This document shows, piece by piece, positions 39,453-48,918 of a stretch of DNA of 64,000 nt (the first letter of the stretch is position 1; each line of letters opens with the position of its first letter). The notes below the pieces were generated by a model. It searched no databases and was not told the DNA's origin. It saw only the letters and a program-made list of their open reading frames with translations. A program made the position numbers and the translations under genes. Origin of the DNA: an uncultured Acidobacteriaceae bacterium (GTDB lineage Bacteria; Acidobacteriota; Terriglobia; Terriglobales; Acidobacteriaceae); assembly GCA_963782175.1 (NCBI GenBank), contig CAWAIX010000010.1, positions 154,399 to 218,398 on the forward strand, in the 5' to 3' direction.

Positions 39453-40442
39453 TCAGGGAGTCTTCACCGAATCTCCGGTCTTCGGTGATCCCGTACCGCT
39501 GAAAGTTCCGACCGCCGAACTTGCATCGACGCTCGTGATGGTGAGCGTCCCTACGGGATTTTCGATGGAGCGCAGCACCTTGCCGGTGGCAGGATCCTTG
39601 ACGTCGCGGACCTTGCGCGATACGGCGAGTTTGTCTCCCACCTTCACGCCGGCGCCGCTGCCGACGTTGATGATGACGCTGTCGGGCGCCGAGGCATCAG
39701 CAACCAGGCCGGACACCGCGACCTTCGGCGGAGGCGGAGCATCGGGAATCTTCGAAGCATCAGCACTGAGTCCTGTGGCCACCTGGGCTACCGCCGCAGT
39801 CGTCGCCTCGCCGATGATTGTTTGGGCGAAATTGCTGCTGCTCATGTCGTAGCCCCCGGCTGCTCCAGAGCCATTGCCATATCCTCCGCCCAGCAGGCTC
39901 GTCCCGCTCCTCGACGACTCGCCCTTTCCGGTGACTGAGGCCAGGATCTCGCCGGAGGTCGCGTCTACCATGCGAACCGTAATCGCCACCACGGCCTTCG
40001 ACTCGTGTTTGCCGACACCGCCAAAAGCGCCGTGCGTCCAGGCGCCCACTGCCGCGCCGCCGTAATTTTTGTTCTGGTCGTCACGCCCGAACTGCGTGAT
40101 ATCGCCGGTGATCACCGCGTCAACTCCGAGGATGTGTCCTATTTTCGCGGCGGTATTGGGATCGGCGCGGTTGCTGTTTGAAAAGTCCTGCTCGTGGAGA
40201 ATCTTGTCGATGGCATTGCGCTCGATCACGCGGTAGCTGCCATCGGCAAGCAGTTTATCGATCAGCATGTCCGATATGCCCTTGCCGATATCGACATTGG
40301 TCCCGAAGACAGCCTGCGAAGACGTCATCACCGTCGCGTATCCGAAATCAAGCACCGCCACGCGGTGCCGCACCGGAGCCTGCGCGACAAGCGGGGAAGC
40401 GATCAGGATAAGGGTAGCGATTTTAGGAAACAGGTTGCGCAT
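39453..40442 (-). CDS. CsgG/HfaB-family periplasmic lipoprotein-like protein with an extra C-terminal beta domain
   Basis: Signal peptide. VAVLDFGYATV...GKGISDMLIDKLLADGSYRVIERNAIDKILHEQDFS...LGVDAVITGDITQFGRDD is the CsgG-type signature. The gene starts 14 nt after the kinase gene ends. Confidence 0.65.
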   Translation of the reverse strand: MRNLFPKIATLILIASPLVAQAPVRHRVAVLDFGYATVMTSSQAVFGTNVDIGKGISDMLIDKLLADGSYRVIERNAIDKILHEQDFSNSNRADPNTAAKIGHILGVDAVITGDITQFGRDDQNKNYGGAAVGAWTHGAFGGVGKHESKAVVAITVRMVDATSGEILASVTGKGESSRSGTSLLGGGYGNGSGAAGGYDMSSSNFAQTIIGEATTAAVAQVATGLSADASKIPDAPPPPKVAVSGLVADASAPDSVIINVGSGAGVKVGDKLAVSRKVRDVKDPATGKVLRSIENPVGTLTITSVDASSAVGTFSGTGSPKTGDSVKTP

Positions 40443-40456
40443 TGCTGATATCTCTC

Positions 40457-42025
40457 CTATCGGCCTAGAAATGTCTTTAACGTTCCAATCTCTTTCTCAG
40501 CCCGCTCCATCTCGTCCTGGGCTTGCTGAATGTCGTTCTGGCTGAGCGCGCGGTCGGCTTCGCTCAGGTACGAATTCATGCGGTTGAGCGACGCCAGCAC
40601 GTCGCCCCTCATGTCGAGGCCCTGCGCCTGCTGCTGGCCGCGTACCTGCTGGATTCCCGACCGGATGCTGTCGGCTTCCGCGCTCAGCTGAATCATGCGC
40701 TCGCGCGCCTGGGCAATCTCCTGCCGCGATGGCCCCGGCGGCGAAGCCTCCAACTGCGGTCCGGAGGTCGTTTCCGGAGCCCGTGGAGGCCGTGGGTGCC
40801 CGGCCGGAGCGTTCGCCGGCTGAGTCGCGGGCGGCTGGTCGTTCGGGATCACTCCCGACGCGCCGCTAGCCGGGGTGGCGCTGCTCAGCGGATTCGGAGC
40901 CGTGGCTGCGGTTGTAACCGCCGGTTGGGTCGCCGTTCCGCTGGCGCCTCCGGTGGATGGTGCTGCGGAACTCGAGTCCGTTACAGGCGCTTTCTGGTCC
41001 GCATGCGTCGAAAACATGCGCGGCAGCACGGTCGCCGCTGCTATCAGCGCGACGATTGCCGTAGCGGCACCGAGACCCAGCCACAGGCTGCGGTGTCCTT
41101 TGCTGGCCGCTGGCACGAAAGGCGTGACCGGCGGGGGCATGACTGAAACTGGAGCGGACGCGGGCACGGCAACAGGGGCAAACCGCGATGCGGTAGGATC
41201 GCTCTTCGCCGGCTGCAGGCTGCGCAGCGCGCCACGGAACTCGTCGGCCGTCTGGAAACGCCCCTCGGGGGACTTCACCATCGCCCGCAACACAATGTTG
41301 TTGAGCTCCTGCGGCAACGCCCGGTTCACCTGCATGGGCGGCTCTGGCGCTTGGGTCAATTGCGCATTCAGCACCCCGTACGCCGTGTCGCCCTGGAACG
41401 GACGGCGTCCGGTCAGCATTTCGTACATCGTCACGCCAAAGGAGTAGATATCCGACCGCGCATCCACCGTGCCGCCGCGCACCTGCTCGGGCGACATGTA
41501 GTAGACCGAGCCCATCGTCGTTCCTGGCCGCGTGAGTTGCAGGTCATTGGTGGACTTCGCGATGCCGAAATCCATCAGCTTCACCAGTCCGTGCGACGTG
41601 ATCATGATGTTGGCCGGTTTGATGTCCCGATGGGTCACGCCTTTGCTGTGCGCATAACTCAGCGCCGCCAGCACCTGCATCGAATAATTCACGACCTCAT
41701 CAACCGGAATCGGCGCGGCGTTGGCCCGTTTCTCGAGCGTCACGCCCTCCACGAATTCCATGATCATGATCAGCCGGTTTTCGAACTGAAAAGCTGTGCG
41801 CAGCTGCGCGATATTTGGGTGGTCGAGCGCAGCCAGGGTGCGGATCTCCGCCGTAAATCGCGCCGCAAGCTCCGGCTCGCTCGCAAAATCCGGCAGCAGC
41901 ACCTTCATCGCCTCGGTGCGCCCCGAGATGATGTTGCGGGCGCTGTAGACCTGGCCCATGCCTCCGGCGCCGAGGAGCGCCAGAATCTCGTAATCGCCAA
42001 CGCGTGTGCCGGGTTCCAAAGCCAT
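40457..42025 (-). CDS. Hanks-type Ser/Thr protein kinase, single-pass membrane protein (PpkA-like position next to the T6SS)
   Basis: LGAGGMGQVYSA, AMKVL, HRDIKPANIMI, DFGIAK and SPEQ. TM segment LWLGLGAATAIVALIAAATVL. Low-complexity plus helical extracytoplasmic tail. Confidence 0.9.
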   Translation of the reverse strand: MALEPGTRVGDYEILALLGAGGMGQVYSARNIISGRTEAMKVLLPDFASEPELAARFTAEIRTLAALDHPNIAQLRTAFQFENRLIMIMEFVEGVTLEKRANAAPIPVDEVVNYSMQVLAALSYAHSKGVTHRDIKPANIMITSHGLVKLMDFGIAKSTNDLQLTRPGTTMGSVYYMSPEQVRGGTVDARSDIYSFGVTMYEMLTGRRPFQGDTAYGVLNAQLTQAPEPPMQVNRALPQELNNIVLRAMVKSPEGRFQTADEFRGALRSLQPAKSDPTASRFAPVAVPASAPVSVMPPPVTPFVPAASKGHRSLWLGLGAATAIVALIAAATVLPRMFSTHADQKAPVTDSSSAAPSTGGASGTATQPAVTTAATAPNPLSSATPASGASGVIPNDQPPATQPANAPAGHPRPPRAPETTSGPQLEASPPGPSRQEIAQARERMIQLSAEADSIRSGIQQVRGQQQAQGLDMRGDVLASLNRMNSYLSEADRALSQNDIQQAQDEMERAEKEIGTLKTFLGR

Positions 42026-42432
42026 GCGAATGACCTCTCCACAACGATCGATAAGCGGGGGGAAAACGGGGCCGGAACATCACTGCATTTCGGATGGACT
42101 GCGTGATCTGCGACGAGCAGCTAAGCCCGGTGCAGCTTCCAATCGCGCCGGCAACGCATGTGCCGTTGGATACGCGTTTTCCGAGAATGCTTCAGCGCCA
42201 AAGAGTGTACCCCAAAATAAGCACTCCAGGCCCGTGAAATCCTCCACCTCGAAATCCCACTTCCGGGGTATCGAGTACTGTCCTTGATAGTGGCGCCGAA
42301 AGACCGCCTGTTACAGGTCTTTACACGCTGGCCGTAGTTCTGGCAGTCTAATCGGGCACCCCCGGAACTGGTGAGTCTCTACCGGAAATCATCCCGTAAA
42401 GCTGTTAGCTCGCCTAAACAAGAGATTCTTCA

Positions 42433-43218
42433 ATGGAAGCCCAGAGCGTACTCAAGCTGGAAGTCGCCGCCCTAACCGACGTGGGTTGCAAGAGATCCAA
42501 TAACGAGGACAGCTTTGGTTACGACCTCAACACCCAGATTTTCGCCGTCTGCGACGGGATGGGTGGCATGGCCGCGGGCGAGGTTGCGAGCAGCACCGCG
42601 GTCGCCGAACTGGTGCGATGTTTCAACCAGCAACCCGCGCAAATGCAGGCCGAGCCGCGGCTGTACCAGGCAATTCTTTACGCGAACACCCAGGTATGCA
42701 TGCTGTCCCGGGAAAGTGACGACCTCCGCGGCATGGGAACCACAATGGTCTCGGCCTGCGTGGACGGCCGGAAGATCGTCATCGGCAACGTTGGCGACAG
42801 CCGCGCCTATTTTCTCCGCAAAGGCAGGTGCGCGCAGGTGACGCTGGACCACTCCTACGTGGCCGAGCAGGTGCGGAACGGCATCATGAGCCCGGACGAC
42901 GCCGGCGCTTCACCCCTGCAGTCGTTGATCACCCGCGCCATCGGTACCGCGGAGTCCGTCGAGCCCGACCTTTTTACCGCGGAGTTGGAGCCGGGCGACA
43001 TCGTGCTGCTAACCACCGACGGGCTCACCCGCTATGCCGATTCCGACGTGATCGCGAGGCTCGTGCTGGGTAAGCCGGATCTGCAGCAGGCATGTCAGTC
43101 GTTAATCGATATCGCGAAGCAGCATGGCGCGGTCGACAACGTGACCTGCCTTCTGCTCCGATTCAGCGAAGCCGACGAAGCCACGCCGGCGGCAGTCGCT
43201 CGATCTGTAACCTACTGA
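42433..43218 (+). CDS. PP2C-family Ser/Thr phosphatase (PppA/Stp-like)
   Basis: TDVGCKRSNNEDSF, AVCDGMGGMAAGEVAS, GTTMV, GDSRAY, LLTTDGL and DNVTCLL. Divergent from the kinase gene; its 3' end overlaps the tssM 3' end by 7 nt. Confidence 0.9.
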   Translation: MEAQSVLKLEVAALTDVGCKRSNNEDSFGYDLNTQIFAVCDGMGGMAAGEVASSTAVAELVRCFNQQPAQMQAEPRLYQAILYANTQVCMLSRESDDLRGMGTTMVSACVDGRKIVIGNVGDSRAYFLRKGRCAQVTLDHSYVAEQVRNGIMSPDDAGASPLQSLITRAIGTAESVEPDLFTAELEPGDIVLLTTDGLTRYADSDVIARLVLGKPDLQQACQSLIDIAKQHGAVDNVTCLLLRFSEADEATPAAVARSVTY

Positions 43219-46200
43219 GTTACCTTTTGCACGCAATGCAATCCGCTCAGTCCTCCCGGCATCAGCAGGCTCGCCCCAGGTCCAGTCAACTCAAGCCGCA
43301 CAATCGGAGTGTTGCCCGTAACCGTCGTGGAGGTATTGGTTAGCCCCACCGGATACGCCAGCGTTGGCGGGTTCCCGTGCTCAACCTGGCCTTTGGCGAT
43401 AAGGTGAAACAACGCCCACGGTCCGGAGAACTGGGCAAGCGGAAGCGGCGCGTTGCCGTAAGTCACAATCAGCTGCGCCTGCGAGCTCTGCCCTGACCAT
43501 GTGAATTGTTTCGAGACATCCGCTCCGGACAACTGCTGCGAATCGAGAATCAGCGTCGCTGACGGGATGTTCTGCGAGCGCAGGATGTGGATCGTAAAGG
43601 TCAGCGTGGGGCTCGTTGTTCCGCTGGGGTATAGCGCGGTGGAAATACCCGCTGCTTTATTGAAGAACTGCAAAAACGCCGGGTTCACTTTCTGCGCAGC
43701 ATTGAATGCGGGAGCATACGTTGTGCCCTGCTGTATCAGAAGTTGCTTCAGCTTGGCGTCATAGAACTGCCACAGGGCTCCTGAACCAGGCTGGAAGACT
43801 GCGGAAATTTCGGCGGGGCTTGCCTCGGCGGCGGCATTCGCCGAGAAGGGGAACTTTGTCAGTACAGGGCTCAGCGCGGCGCAGAGTTCGCCGCCTCCAA
43901 CCGGGCCAGGTTTGGCCAGGCCGTCCACGCTGGTGATCGGGTCCTGAAGCAGTTTGAGTGAAGTCTGGTCCACGTGCGCCTGCGGATCAAGATCGAATGC
44001 CTGCGCGGTCTGACTGGCGGCGCCGTGCGCGCTCACCGCGGCTGAGGCTATGGGCTGTAACTGGTCCGGAGTCGGCGGGGTGGGATTCGAGGCAACAAGG
44101 GAGACGGCGCCTTGCAGGGCCATCAGGCCGTTAATGTATGTTGCGTTCTTGTCGTTTACCAGCTTCACCGTGCAGCTATCCGGTACGGCGAGAACTTGTG
44201 CCGGCTGGAACTCCTTGGAGATTTCCGGATTGGCCACTGCGGTGTTCTGCGAAATGGTACAGAAGAGCGCAAGCAGCGGTGTGTTTGGGTTCGAAAGTGT
44301 CTGCAGTTTTGCGCCTGCGTCTCTGAGGCTCTGATAGCGGACCACCTGCGCCGACTTCAAGAACGTGCGCCACTCCGACTGGTAATCGGCCAGATAGCGG
44401 CCGGCCAGTTGCGCGGTGAGTGCCCTCGGATCGAGCGACGGCGGCGCCTGATCTCCCAGCACCCACGCTTCGCCGCTGAAATACTTCTCCGGATGCAGGA
44501 TCGCGTCCTGCATAAACGCGAAGCCGCCCTTTGTGAAAGCTCCCTGCACGATATGCGGTTCGATCACCACGGCTGACGATCCCGGATACAGCCGGTTGAA
44601 GTCGATCGGCGGAGCCGCCTTGTTCGCCGCGTTGATCATCTGTTGATAAATACGGGCGATGCCGCCGAAGCTCGCCAGATACGCGCGCGCATGCGTTACC
44701 GTCGGCGTCACCGGCGCGATCGAGTACGGATTCCCCACGCGCAGTTCATTCGCATAAAAGTCGAATTGTAACTGTGCAAGTTGCCTTTGTTCTTGGGTCT
44801 CTGGGGCGCGGCCGTTCTGCCAATACTGCATCAATACCGGAGTGAGAAAATCCGCCGTGCTCTTTTCCGGATTCGTAGTCGTAATCAGGTAAGCCTTCAG
44901 CGGATTGTAGCCGGCACTGTAGTCCGAATCCGGCTGCGCAGAAGCGGGAAGGGCGTTCAGCGCAGTCACAAGATTATTCTGCGTATTCGTCAACAGCAGC
45001 TTCTGGAAGCGATCGAAGTAAATGCGGCGTGCCGCTTCGAGCATCTGGTCGCCGTGGTATAGCCCCCAGCGGTACATCAGCGGGGGACCCTGCTGACGAT
45101 AATTCTCTAGCTGCACGAGCGCGGTCCGAACCTGATTCAGTGCTCCCAGGTCTTTCGTCGAAGCAAGCATCGTCGGGGGCACTGTCGTTGTGGGCAGTGC
45201 GCTGGCTGCCGATGCGATTTCGTGCTCCAGCTTTGAGTTGTTGCCATAGGAAATCACGAGGCAGATCAGATAAAAGAACAGCAGCAGCGACACCGTCCCG
45301 AAGACAAAGCGGCGAAACACATGCGTTCTGCCGCTGTCACTGGTCCTCGCCAATGCGCTGCGGTCTCCCAGGACAACCACAGGAAACAGCTTCGGCAGGA
45401 AGCACCATTGCGCCACTTTCTGGGTGACAACTTGCGGATGGGGAGGCGCGCTGGCTGCCTGCGCCTGTTGCACGCTGAACATTCGCGTGGCCCCGGCGTC
45501 GGCAGGCGCGGCCTTCGGCGCCTGCGCCGGAGCGCTGACCATTTGCTCGACCATGTGCGCGCGCACACCCGTGAAGTAGAAGCCGCGCAGGTAAGGATTC
45601 GCATTCAGATGGCTTGGGCGCGCCAGCTCCACGAGGTACGATGCCAGGTTGTTCCGCAGTTTTTTCAACTCGCGCGGAAATTCGTACACCGGATCCACGT
45701 TCCTCTGATCGTTCTCTCGCGCCAGCACCTCAAGCCGATATTCGCCAAGCGAGAAGATCAGCTGGTCGAGAGAATTCGTAACCTCGGCTGTGGCTCTTTC
45801 CGCATACACGCCGCTCGAAGCATCGTTGCGCGCGAAGGCCATGCCAAGCGCCTGCGATGCATCTTCCGTCGTCAGATTGCGAACGTACTCCGCGAAGTCG
45901 GGCACGCGATCGAGCTTGGTGAAGACCACATAGACCGGAACCTCGGTGCCAAGTTGTTGCGCCAGGTCCCTCAGCATCTGGTTCGTCGCGCGGGCCGACG
46001 CCAGGACTGTCTCCGTCGCCGTCGTGCCGAGAAACTGCTCGCAGCTGATGCAGACCACCGCTGCGCGAACCGGGGCCTGTGTACCCATCGCCGAGCGATA
46101 TGCTTTCGGCCGTGTCTTGCGGATCAGCTTCTGCCACAACCCCGGGCTCTTGCGGACCGCGTCGCCGGCCTCGACGATGACGGCCTGCTGCGTGTACCAG

Positions 46201-46628
46201 AGATTCACGACCGGCGTAGGCATCACGTCCTGGTCGCGATAGATCTGCCCGGCCAGCAGCTCGGGATCGAGCCCTGACTTGAGCACTACCGTGGTCTTCG
46301 CCGAGTTTGATTCGCCCATCAGATAAAGCAGTGGCAGCCCATCGAGCGACTTCGCGCCCGTCCGCTGCGCTGAGGCCAGCCTCTTTTCGGCATCGTGCAG
46401 CAGTGTGTCCATCTCCGTGCCGCCGGTCACGTTTCGGGTGGCTGCGTCGCGCCGTTTTTCGCGGAAATGGAGAACCAGAATGATCGTTGCCGCCGCCGCT
46501 CCGAGCACGACGAGAAGAATGCGCAGAATCAGAAGGGAAGTCCCTTCGATGTGCAGCAGCAGGCCGGCCAGCCACGCGAGCACAACCGAGAAAAGAAAGA
46601 TCAGGACAGAAATCAGAATCGAGACCAC
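43212..46628 (-). CDS. tssM: T6SS membrane-complex protein TssM (IcmF)
   Basis: 1138 aa. Two or three N-terminal TM helices, a P-loop-like LYLMGESNSAKTTVV (Ala where the canonical Gly sits), IcmF-related central and C-terminal regions. Downstream of tssL. Confidence 0.88.
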   Translation of the reverse strand: MVSILISVLIFLFSVVLAWLAGLLLHIEGTSLLILRILLVVLGAAAATIILVLHFREKRRDAATRNVTGGTEMDTLLHDAEKRLASAQRTGAKSLDGLPLLYLMGESNSAKTTVVLKSGLDPELLAGQIYRDQDVMPTPVVNLWYTQQAVIVEAGDAVRKSPGLWQKLIRKTRPKAYRSAMGTQAPVRAAVVCISCEQFLGTTATETVLASARATNQMLRDLAQQLGTEVPVYVVFTKLDRVPDFAEYVRNLTTEDASQALGMAFARNDASSGVYAERATAEVTNSLDQLIFSLGEYRLEVLARENDQRNVDPVYEFPRELKKLRNNLASYLVELARPSHLNANPYLRGFYFTGVRAHMVEQMVSAPAQAPKAAPADAGATRMFSVQQAQAASAPPHPQVVTQKVAQWCFLPKLFPVVVLGDRSALARTSDSGRTHVFRRFVFGTVSLLLFFYLICLVISYGNNSKLEHEIASAASALPTTTVPPTMLASTKDLGALNQVRTALVQLENYRQQGPPLMYRWGLYHGDQMLEAARRIYFDRFQKLLLTNTQNNLVTALNALPASAQPDSDYSAGYNPLKAYLITTTNPEKSTADFLTPVLMQYWQNGRAPETQEQRQLAQLQFDFYANELRVGNPYSIAPVTPTVTHARAYLASFGGIARIYQQMINAANKAAPPIDFNRLYPGSSAVVIEPHIVQGAFTKGGFAFMQDAILHPEKYFSGEAWVLGDQAPPSLDPRALTAQLAGRYLADYQSEWRTFLKSAQVVRYQSLRDAGAKLQTLSNPNTPLLALFCTISQNTAVANPEISKEFQPAQVLAVPDSCTVKLVNDKNATYINGLMALQGAVSLVASNPTPPTPDQLQPIASAAVSAHGAASQTAQAFDLDPQAHVDQTSLKLLQDPITSVDGLAKPGPVGGGELCAALSPVLTKFPFSANAAAEASPAEISAVFQPGSGALWQFYDAKLKQLLIQQGTTYAPAFNAAQKVNPAFLQFFNKAAGISTALYPSGTTSPTLTFTIHILRSQNIPSATLILDSQQLSGADVSKQFTWSGQSSQAQLIVTYGNAPLPLAQFSGPWALFHLIAKGQVEHGNPPTLAYPVGLTNTSTTVTGNTPIVRLELTGPGASLLMPGGLSGLHCVQKVTQ

Positions 46629-46637
46629 CGCCGGCTC

Positions 46638-47327
46638 CTATCTCGCGTTCATGCTGGCATTCTGTATACCGGATACCCCAGAACCAAGGGCAAGCTCGAA
46701 GCCACCGAATGCGATCACCGTCAGTCCGGCGAGCACGCAGGCAGTGATCAGCAGGGCGCGACTCCATCGATCGGTTGCCCGCGTAGCCCGCACTTCCGGA
46801 GCAGCCGTTGGCGGCACGAGATAAGCCGCGCCGCGGATGCGGTGAATCTTGTCCCGCGCCTGTCGCAGCATCTGGTGCAGTTCGCCGGAGTCGCCCAGCG
46901 CATACCGGCCGCGGTAGCCCGCCTGCAGGCACAGGCAGTAGACCTCCAGCGTGTCGGCAACCTCGGGAGAATCCTGCTGCGTAAGCAGCGCCTGCAACTT
47001 GCGGAAATAGGTCTCGCCGGCGTTGTGATCGCCGAACAGCTCTTCCTGCAGAGACTGCCGCGCCCAGTCCGTAAATGCCGGACTCCGCAGGTTCAGCACG
47101 CTCTCATCCATGAAAGCGACCACCGCAAAGACCGCCATCTGCACCGATTCGCTCGAGTAGCCGAGCGAGCGTGCCTCCTGCATTGCCGCTTGCAGCGAAC
47201 CCCGCATCTGCGAGCGGAAACTGGCTGAGTCCATTACCTGTTGCCGCTGAAAGCGCACCCGCAGAATGGCAGTCATCACTTCCTGGAAACAATATGCGAG
47301 GCTGTTGACGCGGACCGTGCTCATCAC
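46638..47327 (-). CDS. tssL: T6SS membrane-complex protein TssL (DotU family, no OmpA extension)
   Basis: LAYCFQEVMTAILRV, VFAVVAFMDESVL, LEVYCLCLQAGYRGRY, and a single C-terminal TM. ATGA overlap with tssK. Confidence 0.88.
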   Translation of the reverse strand: MMSTVRVNSLAYCFQEVMTAILRVRFQRQQVMDSASFRSQMRGSLQAAMQEARSLGYSSESVQMAVFAVVAFMDESVLNLRSPAFTDWARQSLQEELFGDHNAGETYFRKLQALLTQQDSPEVADTLEVYCLCLQAGYRGRYALGDSGELHQMLRQARDKIHRIRGAAYLVPPTAAPEVRATRATDRWSRALLITACVLAGLTVIAFGGFELALGSGVSGIQNASMNAR

Positions 47328-48676
47328 GATGCCTCCACAATGATGGTGAGGTCGAAGTCCGGCTTCGAAATTTCACCCGGGATGTAAACGCCCACCTTGC
47401 GGGTCTGCAGAATGTGCTCCCAGCAGGGCCCCGTCGTCTCAATGGCGAAGTATTGCATATCGGCCTCGGCCCGGATAGCTGTGGGCGGCACCTGCAAATG
47501 TCTTAGTGTCATTCCCGGCAGGGCGCGTTTCACCAGTTCAGGTACAAAGCGCGCCGAGCAAACCTTGATCAGCTTCGGCACCAGGTTCAGAAGCTCCGAT
47601 TCGCCGAGCCCAGACCGCACTCCGAACACCCAGCGCGCCCGCCGCAGGCACCGCTCGTCCACTACATCCGCCGCGTAGATATATGGCTCCGCCGGATGAA
47701 ACTCAGGCTTCACTGTGTTCGACGGAACCACAATTTCCAGGTGCTTCCTGATGTGCGCGTCGAGCACGCGAAACGCCGGCCCTGGAGCGCGATGATCGTA
47801 GGACGGGAGCTGGCGCGGGTCGGAATCGACAGCGAAGGTGCATAACGCTCCAGCCAGCCGCGACAGCTCGACGAACACCTCCTCAGGATGCGCATGCCGC
47901 GTACTGCTCAGGTGCTCGAGAGGGGGAATCGCGCTGTGCAGCGCATGAAGAAACCAGTAATTCGCCACATCGAGAGCGGAGGTCCCCGCCTCGAACCGTC
48001 CGTGGCGTCTTGCGCTTCGGGCAATCGTGCTGCTCTTTTCGCCGATGGTCTCGATGAGGCGCTTCACCAGCAACATCAGTGGCTCGCTCGCGCTGAGCCG
48101 CAGGCAGGTGGGTATGAATTCCTCGTCATAGATCAGGTGCCCGCGCCCGTCGCGCAGAACCTGGGCGATAGGGATCGAGAGCATCTCCGGCGTCAGCTCT
48201 GCCTCCGTCACCAGGCCGATATTTTTTTGCCCAAGATCCACCTCACGCTCGTCGATCCCGTTGGTCTCGTCGCGCAAGGTGCGCGGCATACGCGAAAACC
48301 GCGTGCCGTTGGTGCCATTCTCAAGATTGCAATCGAAGCCGCTGTCGCGGCGTCCCGGAACCGCCAGATACAACGGCAGCACCGAATCGGTTGTCGGAAA
48401 AACCTCGGCGAGGTTGCGCGGCGGCGGCGGCGGATCGGAATTGGGCAGCTCGAAGGCTAGTCCATCGGGAAAAATACCCGATGCGTGCAGCAGAACTGCG
48501 TTGCCGTTTCGGATCGCCTTCTGGTCGAGATCGGCGTGTAATAACCCCCACGGTTCATGCCACAGGCTCGCTGCCAGGAATGCGATGGAGTCTTCAAAAT
48601 AGCGGGACTGCGTCTGAAAATGGTGAGGGCCCAGGTACATCCCTTCTGACCACACAACCCGCGACAGGAATTTCAT
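47324..48676 (-). CDS. tssK: T6SS baseplate protein TssK, paralogue 2 (operonic with tssL-tssM)
   Basis: MKFLSRVVWSEGMYLGPHHFQTQSRYFE..., ASGIFPDGLAFELP. 450 aa. Confidence 0.88.
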   Translation of the reverse strand: MKFLSRVVWSEGMYLGPHHFQTQSRYFEDSIAFLAASLWHEPWGLLHADLDQKAIRNGNAVLLHASGIFPDGLAFELPNSDPPPPPRNLAEVFPTTDSVLPLYLAVPGRRDSGFDCNLENGTNGTRFSRMPRTLRDETNGIDEREVDLGQKNIGLVTEAELTPEMLSIPIAQVLRDGRGHLIYDEEFIPTCLRLSASEPLMLLVKRLIETIGEKSSTIARSARRHGRFEAGTSALDVANYWFLHALHSAIPPLEHLSSTRHAHPEEVFVELSRLAGALCTFAVDSDPRQLPSYDHRAPGPAFRVLDAHIRKHLEIVVPSNTVKPEFHPAEPYIYAADVVDERCLRRARWVFGVRSGLGESELLNLVPKLIKVCSARFVPELVKRALPGMTLRHLQVPPTAIRAEADMQYFAIETTGPCWEHILQTRKVGVYIPGEISKPDFDLTIIVEAS

Positions 48677-48764
48677 AGTGACCGAACCATGGGGTGAACC
48701 CGATCATTCAAGCGGCTCGCGCACATCTGCGATCGCGAGGGCCGATCGGAGCGCTTCCTCAACT

Positions 48765-48784
48765 AGGGCCTGTTAGCAGGCCCT
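48765..48784. promoter_or_regulatory. Perfect 8-4-8 palindrome in the divergent tssK2 / FTQ-repeat-gene control region (candidate operator)
   Basis: agggcctg-ttag-caggccct. No flanking T-run on either strand, so it does not look like a terminator. Confidence 0.35.
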
Positions 48785-48918
48785 GCTTTAAAGCCTGATT
48801 TTGCTGCCGCCAGGACGTGTGTGCATCGTAGGTTGCCGCCCCTTTACTGTCAAGTAATTGCGATGTAGTCTGGGTCTCCAGAACCAGGCGATAAATTCGC
48901 AAGCTGTGGTGGCCCGCT

